A DNA stretch of 64,000 nt from an uncultured Acidimicrobiia bacterium (GTDB lineage: Bacteria > Actinomycetota > Acidimicrobiia > Spongiisociales > JAOTWH01): contig CAXMQS010000088.1 in NCBI GenBank assembly GCA_964195995.1, positions 10,082 through 74,081 of the forward strand. Reading direction: 5' to 3'. The number at the start of each line of letters is the position of its first letter. The stretch's first letter is position 1. Below are positions 28,501-37,087 of the stretch, piece after piece. The translations under genes were made by a program, and so were the position numbers. The notes below the pieces were generated by a model. It was given only the letters and a program-made list of their open reading frames with translations, had not been told where the DNA came from and did not search any database.

Positions 28501-31500
28501 CCAGTCACCATCGTCGTCCTTAACCCGGTAGTCGAAAGTAGTGGTCCGGCTGTCGCCAACGGCCAAGTCGTGGTAGCTAGCACCGGGGTCGAAGTCGAAA
28601 GTGCCGTTGGCGTTGTTGGCGACAGTGCCCACCGTCGCCGCGTCGTCCAGCTCGACGGAGGATGGATCGAGGATGCCGTCTGTGTCGAAATCGTTACTGA
28701 GTACGTCTGCCGTCGTGAACGACGTGTCCTCGTCCGTGCTGAAGCCAGCCGGTCCAGGATCGTCAACCGCCGTAGGCGGATCGTTGATGTCGTTCACCGT
28801 GATGCGGAACACCTGCGTCGGCGAGGTGTTGTCGTTGGGCGCAGGCGCACCGAGGCCCGAGTCAACCAACTCGATAGTTATGTCGGCAAATCCACTCAAT
28901 GCCGGTGTCGGCGTGAACGTCAGCGTTCCGGTCGGCGACAGTGCAGGGCCCACCGAGAACAGGCCGGGGTTGGTGTTCGTAACGATGTTGAAGCTGACCG
29001 TCTGCGGCGGCACCTCATCCGGTGGCCCCTCCAAGATGGCAGTGGCCCAAGCCACGAAGGTCTGCGGTGGTGCATCCTCAGCTACAACGACGTCGGCACC
29101 CTTGGTGAACGACGGCTCATCGTTGATGGCGGTGATGGTGATGTTGAAGGTCTGGGTCGGTGACACGTTGTCGTTGGGTGGGACGTTGGATCCCGAGTCG
29201 GTGAGGTAGATGTCGACCGAGGTGGTGCCGTTGGCGTTGGCCGCAGGGGTGAAGGTCAGGTTGCCAGTGGCGGGGTCGACCGCCGGCTGGGTGCTGAACA
29301 GGGCGGGGGTGGCTGCGGTGACGGTGAAGGTCAGGATCTGTGCCGACTCGTCGGCGGGACCCTCGGTGATGCCAGTAGCCCAGCCACCACCCAACAGGTA
29401 GGCGCCGGAGTCCTCGTCCACAGTGACATCGGCACCCTTGGTGAACGACGGCTCATCGTTGACGGCATCGATGGTGATGTTGACGGTCGCAGTGTCGGTA
29501 AGTAGACCGTCCGATACCGTGTAATCGAAGGTGTCGCTCCCGTTGAAATCGCCAGGAGGGTCGTACACGAGTTCGTCGTCGGTCGGGTCGCCAGGCGTGC
29601 CCATGACGTCGAGGGAGATCGTTCCTCCGTTGGCGGAGACAGCATCGAAGCTGTCTATCTGCAGGGCATCGATGTCGGCATCGGTGTCGTTCGCCATGAC
29701 GTCGACGTTGACTGCTGTGTCCTCATTCGTAGATGGGGTGTCGTCGTTTGCGATCGGTGCAACGTTGACGTTGCGGTTCGGCCCGAATTCCGAGGTGTCC
29801 TTGGTCACTGAATCAACTGATATCGCCGATGCCGAATCACCAGCAGCCAGGGCCGCCGTTACGAACGGCCCCCAATTGCCGAGGCCGTCGGCCGTAACGA
29901 AACCGAGGTACTCGACTCCCTCGCCGAAATCCGAACCGCTCAGCGTGTCTCCGAGCCCGGCAACGGCCCGATAGATCTCGACCCGCGAGTTGGGGCATGC
30001 CAAGCCGCTCATAGTCGTGGTCCCTGTGACAAGCACAGCACTCGTGATCAGCGGCGAGTCCGTGCCGAGGTTGCCGTCGCCGACGACGGTGCCGCAGGTA
30101 TTGGCGACCGAGCTATCTCCAAGAAGGATGCCATCGTTGGGGGTGATGCCGTCGCCGGTCGCCGTGCTACCCCCGGCAGCCACTAAATCGATGGCCGGAC
30201 CACCGTTGCTACCGAAGTCGTTGCGCGTCACCTCATTGCTGATTGCAGCATCAGACACGATTACTCCGGGACCGACATTGCCGGTAAGGACATTGAGTCG
30301 AACGGTGTTGCCGTCATCGTTGACTCGGATAGCGCCCGTCTGAACGGCGCGTTGCCCAGACCCGGTAATGGTGTTGTTCTCGATCAGCGTTCCGGTCATC
30401 GTTCCGTCGATACCCATCGCTCCAGAGTCGACTATGAGATTCCCACTGATCGTCCCACCGGAGCTGCCGCCGCCGTGGTTGATGCCATCTGCAATGGTGT
30501 CAACCTGGCCCGACTCCCTTACCTCGTTGCCTGAGATAGTGGTGCCGGTTGTGTCCGACGCGACGATGGCGTCGTTGTCCAAGAAGCCGATGAGGTTGTT
30601 GCGCACGCTCGCGCCATCGGTCTCCCTGAGGTAGACGCCCCGCAGCGTGCTGACAACAAGGGGGTCAACGAACCCATCCGGTGCTGAACCGATGACGTTG
30701 CGTTCGATGATGATCCCACTGGGCCTCATGAGCGGTACGCCGGCCATGTCAATGCCTCCAGCGAATCCCCAGGTGGCGAGATCGCGGATGGTGTAGTTGT
30801 CGGGAATCTGACCGGTGCTGGCATTCGAGGAGAAGGAGAACCCAACACCTATGCCCGAATCAGATCGCATCACTCCGAGCTCGGGCTTGGCGACTTGAGG
30901 CAAGGCCACCGGGCCTGCACCTACGTTCATGCCACCTGCGGCATTGGCTCCCAGAGAACCCAAGTTGGTGTCGCGAACCGTGACGCCGTCCGTCAGGTCG
31001 AATGCAGTGCCGTCGATGGTTGTATCTGCGTCGTGAGTGTCGGCCAGGGTCTCACCGACAGCACTGCCGGTGTAGTCGATCTCCCACCATTTATTGAGGC
31101 CGGGGAGATCGTCGGCGTTGGTGGGAACCGCCGGGACGAACCGCATGGCGTTGCCGAGGTTGATGGCGTTGGCATTGCGAATGAACTGATCAAGCGAACC
31201 CTGATATGAGCTCGCCGTGTAGCCGGCCGCCCACGCGGGCTCGAGATTCGTGACTACGTTGAAGCTGAAGCCGAAGTCGACAGATGCCACCCCGCCCGAC
31301 ACGCTCACCCTGGCAATGTGCTCAGCGGTAGTCAGGCCAGAAGCGTCATCATCGGTGGCTCCATCGACGCCTCCAAAGCAGGGTCCGACCCCCATCCGCT
31401 CCGCCGTGCCACCGAGCCCATCCGCGCACCAGCCTCCGTTCGGTCCGTAGGTCTGCTCGGCCCACGGCGTTGTCGAGAGGTAGGAAGCATGGATACCAGC

Positions 31501-33402
31501 AGATGGAGAGACGGTGAGAGAATCCACAACCACCCAGTAGTCGACCGGCAGCCCTGCCGTGAGGGTGTAGCTGCCGCCCGCCCCGGTTACAGCCGTGTCG
31601 ACCAACGTGTCAGCACCGTCGGGAATTGCGTTGCCGTTGTCCTGGTAAAGGCGGACGTCAACTCCGGCCCGACCCGGGTTGGCGCCGTCGCCGATGGCCT
31701 CGGCCCCGGGGAGCAGGTTGCCGTCAACATCCTCAAACACTGTCCCTGCGATCTGGCATCCTGAAAGATCGCTGGTCGAATTCGAAACCGAGGTCTGCCG
31801 GTAGCCGGCGATCGCCGAAGGGACCACCGCGGTCTGGGTGGTTTCGCCGGTCGGGAACTGGGCCTGGACGATGTAGGCACGGTCGGAGCCGAGGGGAAGT
31901 CCGAAGTGGACGGCCAGTGGATCTTGCGAGCCGTGACCTCGCCCACCGTTCACGTCCCGCACGCCGCTCAGAGCCGTCACCCCGTCACATGCGAAGAGCT
32001 GCAAGGTGGCTCCGACCGCGTCACGGTTCAGCCCCCCGCCGAGGTCATGGAGAGCCCGCACGAACATGTAGTCGATCGCCCCGGTTTGGACTGCGTCGTT
32101 ACGCCACAGTTCGTTGGCCGCTGCCGTTTGGCTGATGAGAACGTCGAGGTCACCGTCGTTGTCGTAGTCGGCGAACGACGCCCCTTCGCCATCACCCGCT
32201 CCGCCGACAAAGGTATTGGCTCCAAAGGTGATCGACCCGGGAGTCGAGGTGTTCGTATACAGGAGATCACCGGCGATAGTGTCGGTGAGAAATAGATCCA
32301 GGTCGCCATCATTATCGGTGTCACCACAGGCGGCACCATCGATGATGCTGCCCCCCGGGACGACCGGCACTCCGGTGGCGGTGAACGTGCCGACCGGTCC
32401 CTGCCGGTAGACCTGAGTCGTTGGGTGGTCGGTCCAGATGATGTCGAACAGCCCGTCGTCATCGAAATCGCAGAAGGCGACTGCTCCTTTGTTGGTGTTG
32501 AGGACGGCCACATCAAACCCACCCGCCACGAACGAACCACCGGTGTTCGCCCACAGGTCGACAAGGCCCTCCTTGCGCCCGAGGATGTCGACGTCACCGT
32601 CGCCATCGAAGTCTCCGACGGCGGAGTAGTCGCCGGAGGCGGCCACTTCCGGGAGACCGATCCCGTTGGGATCGCCGTTGGGGGTCCACCAGGTGAACGT
32701 GCCGGTGCCGTCGTTGTCCCACAGGTCGATGCCGAAGTCGTGGTTATCCATGATGATGTCGAGGTCGCCGTCGCCGTCGTAGTCGAGCAGGCCACCACCC
32801 TCCAGGTTGAAACCGCTAAGGGCGTCTGGCATGTCCAGCAGCACCACCGGGTTGCCTCCCGCATCACCGAAACCGTACGGTGGCACTCCGGCCGGGCCCT
32901 TGTTTATCCACACCGACAGGCGGGTGATCGCCTGGGTGATGAGGTCGACATGCCCATCGTTGTTGACGTCACCCCACACCACCTGCCGCCGATCATCAAC
33001 CCCTGCCAAGTTGGGCGTAGCGAGGCCGGGGGCATGAGTTGCCGTGACGTTCACGAACGAGGGGTTGGGGAGGCTGCAGTCGCTCCGGTAGAGCTGGGTG
33101 TACTGGTCAGGCCCGACCGGGTTTTCGGTGGTGACGATTACGTCGAGGCACCCGTCCTCGTTGAAGTCGGCCCAGGCCAGGCCGGCGTCCTTGATGCCAA
33201 CCGTTTCGAGACCCACCGGAGTTGCCGCGAACGCGGCGAAGGCCGCAGGAGCCACCAGAGTCAGGTTGCCGAGGGCGATCGTAAGAGCCGCGAACAGGGC
33301 GAACGGGCGCTCTATCCCCTTGGCGAAACGAACCCCCCTAGAGCGCGGTGAGGGCCCGGGCGTAGCCGGGCCAGGATCTGAGGTGAGTCTTACCCATCTC
33401 AT
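25534..33402 (-). CDS. giant (2,622 aa) single-pass surface protein: FG-GAP/VCBS + ASPIC/UnbV, SdrD-B-like, parallel beta-helix, ~11 cadherin/Ig-like modules, TM, cytoplasmic SH3-like tail
   Basis: Signal-like N-terminus. Repeated DxDGDGDxD FG-GAP motifs. NRDAVGA..GSQDPLAVHFGL is UnbV_ASPIC-like. ISGN/IENN beta-helix turns. Repeated VNDAP/VNDPP-bounded modules. TM segment LQIPLILLLISLMWSMLLGGF. Confidence 0.9.
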   Translation of the reverse strand: MRWVRLTSDPGPATPGPSPRSRGVRFAKGIERPFALFAALTIALGNLTLVAPAAFAAFAATPVGLETVGIKDAGLAWADFNEDGCLDVIVTTENPVGPDQYTQLYRSDCSLPNPSFVNVTATHAPGLATPNLAGVDDRRQVVWGDVNNDGHVDLITQAITRLSVWINKGPAGVPPYGFGDAGGNPVVLLDMPDALSGFNLEGGGLLDYDGDGDLDIIMDNHDFGIDLWDNDGTGTFTWWTPNGDPNGIGLPEVAASGDYSAVGDFDGDGDVDILGRKEGLVDLWANTGGSFVAGGFDVAVLNTNKGAVAFCDFDDDGLFDIIWTDHPTTQVYRQGPVGTFTATGVPVVPGGSIIDGAACGDTDNDGDLDLFLTDTIAGDLLYTNTSTPGSITFGANTFVGGAGDGEGASFADYDNDGDLDVLISQTAAANELWRNDAVQTGAIDYMFVRALHDLGGGLNRDAVGATLQLFACDGVTALSGVRDVNGGRGHGSQDPLAVHFGLPLGSDRAYIVQAQFPTGETTQTAVVPSAIAGYRQTSVSNSTSDLSGCQIAGTVFEDVDGNLLPGAEAIGDGANPGRAGVDVRLYQDNGNAIPDGADTLVDTAVTGAGGSYTLTAGLPVDYWVVVDSLTVSPSAGIHASYLSTTPWAEQTYGPNGGWCADGLGGTAERMGVGPCFGGVDGATDDDASGLTTAEHIARVSVSGGVASVDFGFSFNVVTNLEPAWAAGYTASSYQGSLDQFIRNANAINLGNAMRFVPAVPTNADDLPGLNKWWEIDYTGSAVGETLADTHDADTTIDGTAFDLTDGVTVRDTNLGSLGANAAGGMNVGAGPVALPQVAKPELGVMRSDSGIGVGFSFSSNASTGQIPDNYTIRDLATWGFAGGIDMAGVPLMRPSGIIIERNVIGSAPDGFVDPLVVSTLRGVYLRETDGASVRNNLIGFLDNDAIVASDTTGTTISGNEVRESGQVDTIADGINHGGGSSGGTISGNLIVDSGAMGIDGTMTGTLIENNTITGSGQRAVQTGAIRVNDDGNTVRLNVLTGNVGPGVIVSDAAISNEVTRNDFGSNGGPAIDLVAAGGSTATGDGITPNDGILLGDSSVANTCGTVVGDGNLGTDSPLITSAVLVTGTTTMSGLACPNSRVEIYRAVAGLGDTLSGSDFGEGVEYLGFVTADGLGNWGPFVTAALAAGDSASAISVDSVTKDTSEFGPNRNVNVAPIANDDTPSTNEDTAVNVDVMANDTDADIDALQIDSFDAVSANGGTISLDVMGTPGDPTDDELVYDPPGDFNGSDTFDYTVSDGLLTDTATVNITIDAVNDEPSFTKGADVTVDEDSGAYLLGGGWATGITEGPADESAQILTFTVTAATPALFSTQPAVDPATGNLTFTPAANANGTTSVDIYLTDSGSNVPPNDNVSPTQTFNITITAINDEPSFTKGADVVVAEDAPPQTFVAWATAILEGPPDEVPPQTVSFNIVTNTNPGLFSVGPALSPTGTLTFTPTPALSGFADITIELVDSGLGAPAPNDNTSPTQVFRITVNDINDPPTAVDDPGPAGFSTDEDTSFTTADVLSNDFDTDGILDPSSVELDDAATVGTVANNANGTFDFDPGASYHDLAVGDSRTTTFDYRVKDDDGDWSNWATVTITVTGVNDAPVSQDVSDNATEDGPVVTGSFDSNDVDSDDDPTTLVYAIVTPPGVGEGAAALGAVNGTFDFDPGTDFQDLALGEDRDITFTYRATDSHSGVSNTATVTITVTGVNDAPVAIDDSGPAFNTLEDTPFTTGDVFGNDSDIDGTLVPVSVQLDVTGTIGTVINNADGTFDFSPAADWNGTTSFDYRVQDDIGAWSNWASVSVTVGDVNDPPIAVDDSGPAFNTPEDVPFTTGGVLGNDSDIDGTLLAPSVQLDDTGTIGTVTNNADGTFDFSPVGDWNGSTSFAYRVQDNDGAWSGWADVTVVVVPVNDPPAIDPIPDATISEIDPFAVTATGSDINGDPLTFSAIGLPPFLVIDPASGLISGTPGYDDSGVYVITVTVTGPGGLSASTAFSLTVLNTNRPPTGLPDNYDLVQYDTMVIGAPGVLSNDTDPDGDPIASVIEALPIRGTLTLNSDGSFTYAHSADNDFDDSFTYRVFDGLAFSEPVRVTLSIEAKNKPPFAVDDAYVLYEDSTGTFELTLNDSDPDGDSLFVTAVTAAEHGTLTIDVGGQVTYTPAHNYTGIDHFRYTISDGNGGTSSAAVDVRVFPLNDPPVGMQDFLVVNDYFEVNIQVLANDIDPDGDFLILASVGSDSNGSFVANADGTVTFRAYPGFFGSIEVSYRASDGKGGTDESSIFIVVPRDVFDTATDLSNEVGSPLINFDVPDGIEVLAPSGVELLTGAFFQSLETLQIPLILLLISLMWSMLLGGFRWSSVVRILPFLGGKRRLYAVVMRDPESSLPIYEEPGDDSKIRHHLSPTARDIVAISKVRPLEGIDWIEIEAGDRSGWVDFYYLTEQVTDEEFVEDERVGAIIERMRNAFADEGSVGSLVGERGLAIGLGGSPVVVRTQDIEAVVAGRSIPFHSVDFTEAIAEPFLAAAAVSPEPAIDTPILVSALIPTELHNFHFMSFGRDGVTGSWMAHFEYKNGKIYLVAIAQDR
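26430..29770 (-). repeat. in-gene tandem array of ~290-320-nt modules encoding cadherin/Ig-like domains
   Basis: 27541-27840 and 27841-28140 align in register with a 300-nt period. An exact 45-nt repeat occurs at 28126-28170 and 28447-28491. Confidence 0.75.
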
Positions 33403-34868
33403 GGGAGAGCACCGGGCTCTCGATAGGGCTCGGCTGCCGCGATGTCGAGCGACACCGGATCGTTATATCCCGACGGCAGCGTGGTGCGGCTCAGCGGAGC
33501 CACGCTCGGTTTGCCGACGCTGACAAGAGGCATGACGACCACGAAGCTGGTCAACCCGTTCTCGCGGACGTATTGGACGGAGCCACCCATGCCGTCGGCG
33601 AGGGCGCGCACGATGGAGAGCCCGAGGCCAACGCTGCCGAGGAGGAGCGGCTGATGGCCCTGGTGCATGAAACGCTGGAACAGCCGCTCCTCCAGATCCT
33701 CGGGGATGCCATCGCCGTCGTCTACGACGGAGAGCGTGAATCGACCGTCGACGACCTCTGCCGAAACACTGAGGTCGGGGCCGCCGTACTTGCGAGCGTT
33801 GGAGATGAGATTGCGCAGGATCTGGCGGAAGCGGAGGCGGTCGGCGCGGATGGTTGCCTCGACCGACGAGACATCGACATGCAGGCCACCGCGCAACATC
33901 GGCCCGACGACTTCCTCGATCTCCTCGGTGATCTCGACATTCTCGAATGTGTAGTGCAAGGCGTCGGCGTCGAGTCGAGCGGTCGTCAGCAGGTCGTCGA
34001 CCATCCGCGCCAGGTCTGTCGACTCCGAGACGATCATGTTGATCAGCTCGGTTGCAGACTCGGAGCCGGCGACCGCCGGATCCTCCTCGAGCAGCAGAGC
34101 CAACCCGTAGATCGAAGTCAAGGGCGTTCGCAGTTCGTGAGAAGCGTTGGCCACGAAATCTTCGCGAGCCTTGCCGAGCTCGCGTTCCGTGCGCAGGGTG
34201 CCCTCGAGGTCCGTCTGCTTGGCCTGTCGTCGCGCGAACTCGCGGAAGATGAGGATGACGGCGGTAGGCACGAGGAAGGCGACGAGGAAGCCGGCCAGCA
34301 TTCTCATCCACGCCAGGAAGGCGTCAGACGAAGCGACCTCCGCGTTGAGCAGGTCGCGCTCGCGAACCAGTTCCAACTGGAGCAACGTCCACGACTTGTC
34401 GAGATCGGACTCGGCCAGCATGCGGGCCGCAATCGGATCGTTGGCTGCCATCAATCCCAGCACCGCGTGGCTTTGCTCCGTGAACTCGCCCACCGCACCA
34501 CGGAGGGACCCATCGAGCGACCGACGACTCTCGAGCTCATCCATGGCGTCGCCCAGGAGAGCGAGCGCCGACTCGGTCTCGCTTCTCGAGATCTCGAGCT
34601 GATCGGAGGAGTTGGAGCCGATGGCGAGATCGACGTTGGCGACGACGACGCCGAGCGCCAGCTGGGCCCTGGCGGTCGTCGCGACGCGTAGTGCCTCATC
34701 GGCTGAGTGGAGTGCTTCCGCACTATGGGTGATACGTCGCGTTTGCTGGGCAACAGCGAAGATCATCGCGAAGACAAGGAGCATCACGACGCCGATCACG
34801 AGGGTCAGGAGAAGTGGACGACCCAGTCGCGATAGCGAACTCGGCTCAGAAGCAGTGTCGGTAACCAC
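33399..34868 (-). CDS. membrane sensor histidine kinase (2 TM, helical extracytoplasmic sensor)
   Basis: H-box SHELRTPLTSIYG; N/G boxes NLISNARKYG, DDGDGI, GLGLSI. Its stop overlaps the giant-gene ATG (ATGA). Confidence 0.9.
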   Translation of the reverse strand: MVTDTASEPSSLSRLGRPLLLTLVIGVVMLLVFAMIFAVAQQTRRITHSAEALHSADEALRVATTARAQLALGVVVANVDLAIGSNSSDQLEISRSETESALALLGDAMDELESRRSLDGSLRGAVGEFTEQSHAVLGLMAANDPIAARMLAESDLDKSWTLLQLELVRERDLLNAEVASSDAFLAWMRMLAGFLVAFLVPTAVILIFREFARRQAKQTDLEGTLRTERELGKAREDFVANASHELRTPLTSIYGLALLLEEDPAVAGSESATELINMIVSESTDLARMVDDLLTTARLDADALHYTFENVEITEEIEEVVGPMLRGGLHVDVSSVEATIRADRLRFRQILRNLISNARKYGGPDLSVSAEVVDGRFTLSVVDDGDGIPEDLEERLFQRFMHQGHQPLLLGSVGLGLSIVRALADGMGGSVQYVRENGLTSFVVVMPLVSVGKPSVAPLSRTTLPSGYNDPVSLDIAAAEPYREPGALP

Positions 34869-34917
34869 TTCTAGTTCTTCGGCAAGCGCTACCGGTACTT
34901 TGAGGGAAACCGCATTG

Positions 34918-34931
34918 GGTGACTAGTCACC
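34918..34931. promoter_or_regulatory. perfect 14-bp palindrome GGTGACTAGTCACC (candidate operator)
   Basis: Read directly from the sequence. It lies in the kinase/ald divergent spacer. Confidence 0.3.
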
Positions 34932-34955
34932 TCGATGGAACCGGGTCCGGACGGC

Positions 34956-34986
34956 ACAGAAGGCGGCTCACGTGACCGCCTTCTGT
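34956..34986. promoter_or_regulatory. 31-nt near-perfect palindrome ACAGAAGGCGG-c-TCACGTGA-CCGCCTTCTGT
   Basis: 11-bp outer arms plus a palindromic TCACGTGA core. Same spacer as the 14-bp palindrome. Confidence 0.3.
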
Positions 34987-35078
34987 CGCCTTACTCCGCC
35001 CGCAAGATCGGGCCGATAAGTAACGATGAGGCTAGCGTTCCGTTGAGTGCCGCGTCGAGTCGAGAAGGAGGAGTTCAG

Positions 35079-36194
35079 GTGATCGTCGGAGTCCCGACCG
35101 AGATCAAGAAAGAGGAGTACCGCGTCGCCCTCACCCCGGCCGGCGCCAGGGAGCTCTCGTCTGTTGGCCACAGGGTGCTTGTCCAACAAGGCGCCGGCGC
35201 CGGCTCATCGTTCGATGACGAGGCATTCATCGAGGCAGGAGCCGAGATAGTCACCACGGCACAGGAGGTCTTTGCGGCCTCCGAACTCATCATCAAGGTC
35301 AAGGAGCCCCAGCTCGACGAGATACAGATGCTGAGAGCCGACCAAACCCTCTTCACGTTTCTCCACATCGCTGCGTATCCCGAGATGGGCAGGGCTCTTC
35401 TCGCGAGTGGGGCAACGGCCATCGCCTATGAAACGGTGGCACTCGCGTCCGGGACCCTCCCGCTCTTGGCACCGATGAGCGAGATCGCAGGTCGGATGGC
35501 AGTACAGGCCGGCGCCCACCATCTCGAAAGGCCACACGGCGGACGCGGTGTCTTGCTTGGTGGTGTCCCTGGCGTTGCCCCGGCCAGAGTCACCGTGCTC
35601 GGCGCCGGCCGCGCCGGCACGAACGCCGCGATGATCGCCGCTGGCATGGGTGCCGAAGTGATCGTTCTCGATCTCAACGTCGAACCGCTCCGACACATCG
35701 ACGAGATGCACCTCGGGCGCGTGGTTACCGTCCGCTCGTCGCTCTTCGCCATCGAGCAACACGTCTCGACGTCGGACCTGGTTGTCGGCGCGGTGCTCGT
35801 CCCAGGTGCCCGCGCCCCCGTTGTGGTGCCCGAAGCCGTCGTCGAGGAGATGCGACCGGGCAGCGTCGTCGTCGACATATCTATCGATCAGGGCGGGTGC
35901 ATCGAGACCGCGCACGAGACCACTCACGCAGATCCTGTGTATGTCACCCACGACGTCGTCCACTACGCGGTCGGCAATATCCCCGGAGCAGTTCCCAATA
36001 CCTCGACACACGCACTCACTAACGCAACACTTCGCTACATCGTCGCGCTTGCCCAGGGCGTTGGATCAGCGGTCACGAAACACCCCGAGCTGCAACTTGG
36101 CGTCAACGTCGCTGGCGGCAAAGTGACGCACTCGGCCGTCGGCGAGTTCCTCGAAGTACCTGTCGTCGATCCGCTCGAGGTACTCGCCGGCTGA
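35079..36194 (+). CDS. ald: alanine dehydrogenase
   Basis: GTG 35079 gives (M)IVGVPTEIKKEEYRVALTP, the canonical Ald N-terminus. GAAGGAGGAG lies 6 nt upstream. The tracked N-terminal extension was rejected. Confidence 0.9.
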   Translation: MIVGVPTEIKKEEYRVALTPAGARELSSVGHRVLVQQGAGAGSSFDDEAFIEAGAEIVTTAQEVFAASELIIKVKEPQLDEIQMLRADQTLFTFLHIAAYPEMGRALLASGATAIAYETVALASGTLPLLAPMSEIAGRMAVQAGAHHLERPHGGRGVLLGGVPGVAPARVTVLGAGRAGTNAAMIAAGMGAEVIVLDLNVEPLRHIDEMHLGRVVTVRSSLFAIEQHVSTSDLVVGAVLVPGARAPVVVPEAVVEEMRPGSVVVDISIDQGGCIETAHETTHADPVYVTHDVVHYAVGNIPGAVPNTSTHALTNATLRYIVALAQGVGSAVTKHPELQLGVNVAGGKVTHSAVGEFLEVPVVDPLEVLAG

Positions 36195-36656
36195 TCAGGC
36201 GTTCAGAACTTCACGGCCCGCCCAGCGCCCGTACCAGAGATAGAGCGCGGAAGCCCCAACGCCGACGATGGCAACCAGAACGAACCACGTGTCTGCCCAC
36301 ACGAATTCATCGGCCAGTGCGCTGACCACGAGCGCAACGGCAGCCAACGAGAACTGGAGAGCGAATGTGGTGACCATCGTCTGACGCCCCTTGGGCCGAC
36401 TCAGGACGAGCACGCCGCCGATGGCCCAACCGATGAGGATGGCACCGCTCCAGCGCATGCCGCTCAACAGCTCTACTTCCGAGGACCTGGCGCCTGCCAA
36501 GGTTCCCCAGATGAGGTCCGGCCATAGGGCGATCGGCAGCCCATAAGCCAGATTGACCACAATTGACAACAACACCGACAGCCTCAGGTGGGTGCCAGGT
36601 TCGAGCGGGGAAGCCTCCGCCGCCTTAGAGGTCGGCTCAATGGGTGGGGTTGTCAT
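36195..36656 (-). CDS. 4-TM membrane protein of unknown function
   Basis: Hydrophobicity pattern; lies downstream of the HTH gene on the same strand. Confidence 0.6.
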   Translation of the reverse strand: MTTPPIEPTSKAAEASPLEPGTHLRLSVLLSIVVNLAYGLPIALWPDLIWGTLAGARSSEVELLSGMRWSGAILIGWAIGGVLVLSRPKGRQTMVTTFALQFSLAAVALVVSALADEFVWADTWFVLVAIVGVGASALYLWYGRWAGREVLNA

Positions 36657-36708
36657 GGTTCCTCCTGGGTTGACGCCTCATGTATCGAGCGCGATAGGTC
36701 TCGACGCT

Positions 36709-36942
36709 TCACCGGTTCTGACCTGCTGCACCGTCAGAGCGCAGAGCAGCTGATTCGCGCTGAGTGTTGATCCAATCCTCGAAGTCCTGGCGAGCCACTC
36801 GCCACTCTCTGCCGAACTTCACGGCAGGGAGGTCGCCAGAGCGGATGACGCTTGTGGTGACAAATGCAGTTACGCCCATGTATTCGCAGATGTCCGCGAC
36901 AGAGAGCCACTCTTTGCCGATATCGACCTGGATTCGTTCCAC
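36709..36942 (-). CDS. excisionase-type (HTH_17/MerR-like) small DNA-binding protein
   Basis: WLSVADICEYMGV..SGDLPAVKFGREWRVARQDFEDWI. Confidence 0.75.
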   Translation of the reverse strand: MERIQVDIGKEWLSVADICEYMGVTAFVTTSVIRSGDLPAVKFGREWRVARQDFEDWINTQRESAALRSDGAAGQNR

Positions 36943-37087
36943 CCACCGAGCCTACGCCACGGCGGTGGCCCCCGGCAAGAAAGCCATTTGCCACGGCATA
37001 GCCAAATCAAGTAATCTGCTTTTCGCGACCTGACTCGAACTCTGTGGGCGAACGGGCTCAAACGGGCGGAGGGAGAGATAGGCGAAC

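Noticed and set aside
34935-35078. 48-codon N-terminal extension of ald in the ORF track
   Set aside because: It covers the two palindromes and has no Ald homology. GTG 35079, with a strong GAAGGAGGAG upstream, restores the canonical MIVGVPTEIK start.
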